A stretch of 64,000 nt of DNA from Octopus vulgaris (lineage: Eukaryota), in the NCBI GenBank assembly GCA_951406725.2, contig OX597827.1:55242001-55306000 (forward strand), given 5' to 3'. The notes below the pieces were generated by a model. That model made no database searches. It saw only the letters and a list, made by a program, of their open reading frames with translations, and was not told the origin of the DNA. Positions within the stretch are counted from its first letter, which is position 1. Each line of letters begins with the position of its first letter. Made by a program: the position numbers and the translations under genes. This document shows positions 55,401 to 64,000 of the stretch, piece after piece.

Positions 55401-56389
55401 GAAATGAAGAAAATGCTGACAAAATAATTTAAGTAATTTAAGTAATTTAATTAGGTGAAAGTTCTTTTTACCGGTTGCGCATTTGTTATGCTTATCAAAA
55501 GAAATTTTTTTAAGAGAGATAGAGCTCCTTTCTGATAGATTTTTTCCTCTTATATATATATATATACCTTTCTTTTACTTGTTTCAGTCATTGGACTGTA
55601 GCCATGCTGGGACACAGCCTTGAAAAAATTTTAGTTGAATGAATCGACCCTATACTTATTCATTTTTTTTAAAGTCTGGTCTTGTTCTATCAATTTCTTT
55701 TGCCAAACAGCTAAGTTACAGGGCCGTAAGCACACCAACACCAGTTTTCAAGTGGTGGGAGGGGGATAAACACAGATACAAAGATGCACACACATGCATG
55801 CATAAATAAATACATACATATGTAGACACACACACACATACACATGCGCACGCACACACGCATGCACACGCGCACGTGCACGCATGCACACACACACATG
55901 CGCATGCACACACGCACACACACGCGCGCACGTGCACGCAGCATGCACACACACACACATACAATGGTCTTCTTTCATTTTCCACCAATCAAATCCATTC
56001 ATAAGGCTTTGGTCAGTACAGACAACATCAATGACAGAAGTGGTGGTGCAACAGCAGTGGTGGTGATGGCAGTGGTGTGGCAGCAGTAGAAGTGGTGGTG
56101 GTGGTGGCAGCGGCAGTGGCGTTGGTGATGGTGGTGGGATGGTGGTTTTGGTGGTGGTGGTGGTGCAACAACAATGTAATGGCAGCAGTGATGGTGGCAG
56201 TGATTATGGTGCAGTGGCAGTGGTGAGGGTGGTATTAGAAATGATGACAATGATACCAATGATGGTGGTGGTGAGTAAGGATCCAACAGAGGGAAAAAAA
56301 CCATACACAAGAAACAAAGATATATTCCATTATGTGATAGAGACCTTCCCTGTAGCTTAAACTCTTTTGTGGCCCTATTTCTTCTAAAT

Positions 56390-57095
56390 CAGCTGTTCTG
56401 AACCATTTTTTGCTTATGAACCCCTTTGATTCCTATTTTATTCTGGTGTACCCCCCAGCCCCCACATAGCCATTCTATGTTTTAAAACTAATATTGTAGT
56501 TGGTTCTTTCAAATTTCCTCTCTCTCTCTCTCTTTCGGAGAGGCACTGAGCAGCTATACGCACATATACACACACGGCAGTAACTTCCACCTACCGAATT
56601 CAATCACAAAGTTCCGGTCGGCTCGGGGCTATAGTGGGAGACACCTACCCAAAGTGCCACGCAGTGGGACTGAACCCGAAACCACGTAGCTAGGAAGCAA
56701 GCTCCCTAACCACACAGCCATGCCCGCGCCTACAAAAAATGTATGCACATATACGCAGCACTATGCGTGTGGCAAGTTTTCTACGGCCGGATGCCCTTCC
56801 TGACGCCATTGCTTTTTCACATGTTCACTTGTGTAGGTTTGGAATATCATTCTCTGAGAACATGTTTCAGCGGCCAGAAACATGTTAAACTCTGTAAAAT
56901 ATTAGATGAAGAAACATAGCCGTTTCTTGTAATAAATACATCTAAAGCAAAATTTTTTCCATAGACCCTTAACCTACTACTGTTGATCTCAGTTTACTGG
57001 ATTGCCTGAATGGACCCTCACAAATTTTTATATAGACTCCCAAAAATCTTATCTGGACCCTAGGGGCTATATGGACCTTATTTGAGAACCCATAT
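56390..57095. mobile_element. Possible hAT-type MITE containing a SINE
   Basis: Degenerate termini cagctgttctgaa...ttgagaaccca, with a SINE-like insert at about 56570-56732. Confidence 0.4.
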
Positions 57096-57912
57096 TCTAA
57101 ATAAATAAATAAACTGCAGTGGTGGTGATGGCAGTGGTGTGGCAGCAGTAGAAGTGGTGGTGGTGGTGGTGGCAGCGGCAGTGGTGTTGGTGATGGTGGT
57201 GGGATGGTGGTTTTGGTGGTGGTGGTGCAACAACAATGTAATTGTTTTCAGTTAATTTTGGAAACAATCAAAATGTTTGGAAGAATTTAGTAAAATAAAG
57301 AACGTTTTCATTATTAAATGGTGACTGGAACATCACTTATCAAACTGTTCTTGACATCATAAAACCAGAGGCAGCCTTGGAAGGGTTAATTAGTAAAAGG
57401 ATAAATAAAAGTCAAACAGGAGGAAAGACCATGATTGAAATACCAAAAAGTAAATCACGGTTCACCCAAAACAACTATTAAATATTTAGCATCAACAGTA
57501 AAATAGATAATTAAGAATCTTATTGGATATTTCTGTAAAGGCATTTTCAACCCTTTAGCATTCAGATTATGCTGTTAATTGTGATGTTTATTTATTCACC
57601 TCTAATTGTAGAGGAAATCTGTAGAAGAGGTAGACCCAGGAAGACATAGGATGAGGTGGTGAAGCATAATCTTCGAACATTGGGTTTCACTGAGGCAATA
57701 ACAAGTGACAAGTGCCATGCTTGAGAAAACCCATGAACCCAAGTGAAATCATGGCTGTGGCCAATTCCGGTATCATGTAACTGGCATCCACGTCAGTGGC
57801 ATGTAAAAGCACCCTTCAAACACTGGGCCTCAAGGAGGCAATGATAAGTAACCAAGACCTTTGGCGATATGCTGTGCTTGAGAACCCATCAAACCAAGTG
57901 AAATTGCAGGTG

Positions 57913-58190
57913 GTTCTGGAAGAACTCTCTGTACCTTGGTAGGACTCCATCAAGGAGGCCAATGAGAGCAAGCAGAAGAAATTTACTAAGCTAGTGGAGT
58001 TATGCTAAAGTAATGTGATCCCAGCAAAGTGGGATGCAGAGGATTTGCAGACCAACCCCTCAATGGAGCTTACAGTATGTTCGGCATCACAGGAGCCAGT
58101 AGGCAGAAGACCATCAGATTGGCTGTGGAAGCAGTAGAGGTTGCTTCAAGGTGACATTAAGTGAGGGAGTGTGAGCCCTGGAAGGAACAG
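57913..58190 (+). mobile_element. HERO/NeSL-like RLE LINE C-terminal remnant
   Basis: Translates across a stop and a frameshift as EELSVPW*DSIKEANESKQKKFTKLVELC...VGCRGFADQPL..AYSMFGITGASRQKTIR..VEAVEVASR. Confidence 0.75.
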
Positions 58191-58641
58191 TGCTACGAAC
58201 AGTTGTCCGTGCATACCAGTCTCCCCCTTTACATGCAACTGATGTTGACCAGCAGAAAGGCAAAGGACAGTACACCAATGACACTGTAACTTATTTCTTC
58301 AGCTAAGTGAACTGGAGCAATGTGAAATAAAGTGTCTTGCTCAAGAACAGAACACACAGCTCAGTCTGGGAGTTGAACTCACACCTTCACAATTCTAAGC
58401 TTGATACCCTAACCACTGAGTCATGCAGCTCCACAACTTTGATCAACCCCAGCTGGGTTACCTGGTTGAGGGTGTCAAATATCGAAAGACCCAAAACACC
58501 AAATGACTCCAGTAAACATCACCGATAATGTGTCCAGGTGCATCACAGGAAGATGTATGGAAAAAAAAAAAAAACTAATCATCAAATACCTTATATTTAC
58601 ATAAGGCAAAGAAACATATGAATATGGATCTTTACTACACA

Positions 58642-58752
58642 ACAGTATTTCAACCTCCTTAGCCATCTTATTATTATACCTTCTGTAAAGGTGGCAAGAC
58701 GGTATAATAATAAGATGGCTAAGGAGGTTGAAATACTGTAAAGGTGGCAAGA
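58642..58752. repeat. Perfect 39-bp inverted repeat with 17-bp direct duplication
   Basis: Arms at 58642-58680 and 58701-58739. ctgtaaaggtggcaaga occurs at 58683-58699 and 58736-58752. Confidence 0.95.
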
Positions 58753-58754
58753 GT

Positions 58755-59103
58755 GAAGGCGCGTGGCTCAGTGGTTAGAGCGTCGAGCTTACGATCGTGA
58801 GGTTGTGAGCTCGAATCTCGGACCGGGCTGCGTGTTGTGTCCTTGAGCAAGACACTTTATTTTACGTTGCTCCAGTTCACTCAGCTGTAGAAATGAGTTG
58901 CGACGTCACAGGTGGCAAGCTGTATCAGCCCCTTTGCCTTTCCCTTGGATAACACTGGTGGCATGGAGAGGGGAGGCCTGTATGCATGGGCGACTGCTGG
59001 TCTTCCATAAAAAACAACCTTGCCCAGACTTGTGCCTCAGAGAGAAACTCTCTAGGTGCAAACCCATGGTCAGTGTCTGACCGAAGGGGTCACCATCATC
59101 ATC
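58755..59103 (+). mobile_element. tRNA-derived SINE family 3
   Basis: tRNA-like head ggcgcgtggctcagtggttagagcg...gagctcgaatctc, core gtgtccttgagcaagacac...gctccagttcactcagctg and a (CAT)n tail, flanked by aaaggtggcaag at 58740-58751 and 59104-59115. Related copies at about 18480-18850, 49245-49490, 51030-51190, 58200-58430(-) and 60893-61190(-). Confidence 0.85.
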
Positions 59104-60275
59104 AAAGGTGGCAAGCTAACAGAATAATTACTGTGCCAGGCAAAATGCTCAACAGCATTTCATCCCTCTTTACGTTTTGAGTTAAAATTCCGCCGAGATC
59201 AACTTTGCCTTTCATCCCTTCGAGGTGGATGAAATAAGTATCAGTGAAGCACTGGGATCAATATAACCAACTAGTCCTCCCCTCATAAAATTTCAGGCCT
59301 TGTGCCTATAATAGAAAGGATTATTATATCTTCTGTATCACAGACTTTTTGCTTCCTATTTCTAACAAAAGGAAATGCTTATATATATGAAAATATGTTT
59401 GCACCAGGAGAGAATAAAAGAATAAACAGATTAAAAGGATAATGTAAATATCAACACAAAATGATTCTGTTGAAAAAGCCTCATCAAATCTTACCAAGCA
59501 AATAATAGCATATTTAGAAAATACAGAAATATCTTTCTCTCTTCTTTTATCTATATTTATTACCAAGAAATGTTGCAGTATGCAGAAACTTGGAAAGCCT
59601 CTCACATTGTTTTACAATAAAGTCAGTAGAGAAGAGAAGAGGCTCGTGACATCTGCAGACCCACCTAATCTGGAGAGATTTGTGTTGTTAGTTGTTCAAA
59701 TCATTATGTCTGCAGGAAGAACATGGGTGAGGTAGGGGTTATAATTCTGCAGAAGAAGGATTGGATAAAATTCTTAGTGTAGGTTTGGGAACTGGAACAC
59801 AATAACAGTGACAGGAAAAAGAGAGAGAGATTTTTTTTATTTTTTTCATTTATCTGTTTCAGTCATTAGGCTATGGCCATGCTGGGGCACTGCCTTCAGG
59901 AAATTTCAGTCAACCCCAGTACTTATTTCTATTTTTTAAGCTAAATATAGGGACATAAACACACCAACACCAGTCATCAATTGGTGGGTGGAGACAAACA
60001 CACACACACACACACACATACACGATGAGCTTCTTTCAGTTTCCATCGACCAAATCCACTTACAAGGTTTTGGTCGGCCCAAGGTTATAGTAAAAGATAC
60101 TTGCTGAAGGTGTCACAATGGAACTGAACCATGTGGTTGCAAAGTAAGCTTCTAACCACATGGGCCTTGAGGACAAGGGCAAGTAGCTATATTGTTCAAA
60201 GAAGTAATGGTCCTTATACATCTGTAAACTAGTCACCAAAGCATTTTGGTGAGTGAATCTTTGCTCATCAGTGGC

Positions 60276-60783
60276 TGTGTGAATAGGCGTAGGAGTGGCT
60301 GTGTGGTAAGTAGCTTGCTTACAAACCACATGGTTCTGGGTTCAGTCCCACTGTGTGGCACCTTGGTCAAGTGTCTTCTTGTGTGAATAGGCATAGGAGT
60401 GGCTGTGTGGTAAGTAGCTTGCTTACAAACCACATGGTTCTGGGTTCAGTCCCACTGTGTGGCACCTTGGTCAAGTGTCTTCTACTATAGCCTCAGGCCG
60501 ACCAAAGCCTTGTGAGTGGATTTGGTAGACAGAAACTGAAAGAAGCTCGTTGTATATATGTATATATATATGTATGTGGGTCTGTATTTGTCCCCACAAC
60601 ATCGCTTGACAAACGATGCTGGTGTGTTTAAGTCCCCGTAACTTAGTGGTTCAGCAAAAGAGACCGATAGAATAAATACTAGGCTTACAAAGAATAAGTC
60701 CTGGGGTCGATTTGCTCAACTAAAGGTGGTGCTCCAGCATGGCCACAGTCACAAGACTGAAACAAGTAAAAGAGTAAAAGAGT
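60276..60783 (+). mobile_element. SINE family 1 with tandemly duplicated 104-bp head
   Basis: The head at 60276-60379 is repeated from 60380 and followed by a complete body and tail. Confidence 0.88.
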
Positions 60784-62029
60784 CAAATAACTTTTGTTTT
60801 TGGATTCAGCTGAGGATATTTGTGAGAATAACAGAAACATTGTCCTCAGATGAGAACTATGTGAGTTTTACTTGACTTTGTAAAAGTAAATCACCATGGG
60901 ATTGCACCTAAAAAGTTCCCTTCTAAGGCAGAAATCCAGGCAAGGTTGTCCATGTATACCAGTGCAGCAGTTGCCATGTATACCTGTCTTCCCTCTCCAT
61001 GCCACCGACCTTGTCCAAGGGAAAGGCGAAGGCCAATACAATTGGGTACTAGTGACGACTGATTCCTACAGCTAAGTGAACTAGAGCAACATGTCTTGCT
61101 CAAGGACACAATGCACCAGTGGGACTCGAACTTATGACCAAATGAACATGAGCTGAACACTCTAATCACTGAGCCACAAGTCTTCACATGCAATGTAATT
61201 ATAAGCCATCACAATGTCCCATTTTTTAATTTTGTAGGTTATCTTATTATTTCATATTTAATGGGAATATATAGGTGATGAGGGAATTCGAAAAGGTTGC
61301 AGTTTTCTAAAAGGATAGGAAGAGGGAAAAGTACACACAACATGAATTTTTATAAGTGCACACTGGCATAATGAAACTAGGTGAATATAATTGCATTTAG
61401 TTTATAGTCTTTTGTAAAATGTCAAATAAGCACAAATATAGCCAACCATCTATATATTTCAGATTAATAAGGTTGATAAAGTCTTCAAATATGTTAATTT
61501 TAATTCTTCATCAGGTTGACATTTAAGTCTTTATTAACCCTTAATGACCTCTGAAAACTATGAAGCCGAAAATTCTCATGGAACACTGAGGAATAATTAT
61601 CGACCGAAATCAACATACATGAATACATGCCAAAATATAATATCAGCACTCTTATGAACTAAATGGATTAATGAGGGTATGTAACAGCAGTCTGTTAAAG
61701 ACTTGGTGTGATGAAGCAACAAGATGAGAGTGAGAAAATAGTAGATAGAGATAAAGGTTGTGATTTATGACATCATTCAAATAACAGCTACCAAAAAAAA
61801 CTATAAAGAAAAGAAAAAGACAAAATAGAAGCAAAAAAACTATAAAAGAAGGCAAACTTTTATATTGGATTTTTATTACCAGAACTTTTCTAACCAAGAC
61901 AATTTTATACACACGTACACCTTACACGTGTGTGTGTGTGTTTGGATGTGTGCACGTGCATGAATGCATGTGCGCATGAGAGATAGAGAGGGAGAGAAAG
62001 AGACAGACAGAGAGTGTGTGCGTGTTTTA

Positions 62030-62211
62030 TGTTACTAACGTTGGGTGCAAAACAATTTATAGTTCTATATTTAAGAGATGAGGAATTATGTACATTATTT
62101 ACATTTGACAGATATTTGTCCTCATCTGAAGGAGGCTGGAGGGTATATCAGCCGAAACGTGTTAAAAACAAACAAGATGAGGACAAATATCCGTCAAATG
62201 TAAATAATGTA
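62030..62211. mobile_element. Penelope-like pLTR inverted fragment with degenerate hammerhead
   Basis: 37-bp inverted arms at 62091-62127 and 62175-62211 (1 mismatch) enclose CUGAAGG-A-ggcug...cagcc-GAAACGU (62126-62160, + strand). Confidence 0.6.
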
Positions 62212-62649
62212 AAAAAAGACAATTTATGTTGTGAACTCTTATGTAAATGAAAAAGGATGATGACAATAATGATGATGATGATGATGATACCTTATATGTG
62301 AACCAATGATGGAAACTCTAAAGTAATTACTTGATTTGTTATAAATAACAGCCAGATTTCTTTAAAATCTCAACTCAGTGCTTTCAATAAAAAAAGATAC
62401 ACTGGATAACATAGTTTCAGATATATTCTAGATATATATTAGACTAGGCTAAAAGATTGGGTGGTCACTGCTGAAATGCTTTTTGATCATAAGTCTGCTG
62501 ATGTAGTACAGCATGCCACATTACATCATGTCAGGTGAGATTTGAGGAAAACTTGATATACACTCAGTAAACTATTTATAATACCAACAAGGCAAAGTCA
62601 GGATTTACCCATCAGGTGGAGTACATTGGAATTGTTTACTTTAAATAGA

Positions 62650-63874
62650 CAGGTCTTCTCTAGGACTTCATATTGCCAAACATCTCGGTCAACAGTCCAC
62701 TGTCATTTCTTCCGTGAGCCCCTACATCCTAAGATCAGTCCTCACCACTTCATCCTATGTTTTCCTCAGTCTCCCTCTTCCACAGGTACCATCCACTTTC
62801 AGCCACAGGTACCATCCACTTTCAGCCACAGGCACTTCTGTATACAGCTATCTTCACGCATATGCATCACATGTCCAAACCAACGCAGTCTCCTCTCCTG
62901 CATACCACATTTAATCCCTCTTACACCTAACTTTTCTCTCAATACAGTTGTGCTTTGTCAGTAATGCACACTGATGTTGCAATTTCAATGGAGCATACTA
63001 CTTCATTCCTCTCCAGCCTACGCATGTCCTCCACAGTCAGAGCCCATGTAACATAACCATTCTCACACAAGCATCATACAATCTACCTTTCACTCTGAGA
63101 GAGAGTCCTTTTGCTACCAACAGAGATAGTAGTTCTCTGAACTTCCTCCACCCTATTCTTATTCTAGAAACAATAGTTTCAGAGCATCCACCACTGTCGC
63201 TAATTCGGTCACCTAAATGGCAGAAACTATCTACTGCCTCAAAAGAGTCTCCTGGGCATTTGAGAGGGTTTAAGTTTCTTATGCTCTTAGTACTTACTGT
63301 TCTTGCACATTTGCCACATAAATAAGTGACCATATCTGATAATCTTCCCATGATTCCACTGCATCTCTTATGCAGCCATAGCTTACACTTGGTGCAGCGA
63401 ATGGAATTACATCCCACTCCTTTCGTACATATTGAACAGGGTCATTTGCCAGCTGGAATGAAAGTCTTATCTCTTTTCTTGCTAACAACAACTTTAGTCT
63501 TAGCTAAGTTAACTTTAAGGCTCTTTGATTCCAGGTTTTGCTTCCAAACCCACAACTACTTCTCCAATCCTTCTTCACATTCTGCAATAAGAGCAAGATC
63601 ATCAGCATATAGTAGTTCCCATGGGCATCCAGTTTTGAATTCATCTATTATGGCTTGGAGAACTATGATAAATAAGAGTGGACTGATCCCTGGTGTATAT
63701 GTTAAATTCATCACTGTGTTCAAGGCCAACTCTCACCTTACTGACAGCATCGCTGTACATGGCTTGACCTGCTCTAACAAGCCACTCCTCTACTCCTAGA
63801 TTCCTTAGAGGTCACCAAATAAGAGAGCAGAGAACCCTGTCAAAAGCTTTCTCCAGGTCAACGAAGGCTAAGTA
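62650..63874 (-). mobile_element. RTE LINE fragment (RT through C-terminus)
   Basis: The minus strand has YLAFVDLEKAFDRV (near 63835-63874), ELLYADD (near 63598-63618), CxxC...HKRC and RIRIGWRKFREL. It is truncated by a mariner end at about 63873. Confidence 0.9.
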
Positions 63875-64000
63875 TTGGGTCATCCCATAAACAATGCAGT
63901 TTTTATACTTCTTTTATTTTTCAAAATTAAGGTAAACAAAGTTCTTTTTTAATCTAAAATATACTCTCCTTCAATTTCTACAATGCTCTTCCATCTATCT
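63873..64000 (-). mobile_element. Mariner transposon 3' end (TIR plus C-terminal codons)
   Basis: TA-ttgggtcatcccataaac terminus. The minus strand encodes DRWKSIVEIEGEYILD*, the typical mariner C-terminus. Confidence 0.75.

Noticed and set aside
58590-58750. Possible ENO4 first exon (ORF 58475..58750, YNNKMAKEVEILL)
   Set aside because: No convincing similarity to the expected N-terminal segment, and the sequence is explained by the local inverted duplication.
58755-58830. tRNA gene
   Set aside because: The tRNA-like A/B boxes run straight into a SINE body and the acceptor stem is not closed, so this is a SINE head.
61514-61676. Plus-strand AG...GT exon-like segment
   Set aside because: It contains stop codons in the frames examined and no recognisable protein motif.

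Overview
AT-rich eukaryotic genomic DNA, not prokaryotic. It is dense in (TA)n/(CA)n/(GA)n microsatellites, tRNA-derived SINEs and RTE LINE fragments, and the repeat families look like those of an octopus (inference from recalled consensus shapes). Most long entries in the ORF track are translated microsatellites. The one host gene I can support is on the minus strand: four short GT-AG exons (44403-44447, 21787-21870, 8831-9027, 2884-3045) splice in frame into an enolase-4-like N-terminal region. Its first exon and the remaining 3' exons were not found in the window. The introns (about 22.5, 12.8 and 5.8 kb) hold decayed RTE, R4/Dong-like, HERO-like and Penelope-like retroelements, Helitrons, hAT, Tc1/mariner and piggyBac-type MITEs. 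The most notable signal is an 824-bp-period direct repeat (about 3306-4590). Each copy carries all hammerhead-ribozyme core elements and stems, but the three strands are in a non-circularly permuted (pseudoknotted) order. Conventional minimal type I hammerheads and several long inverted repeats are also present. Repeat boundaries were read by eye and are approximate unless termini are quoted.
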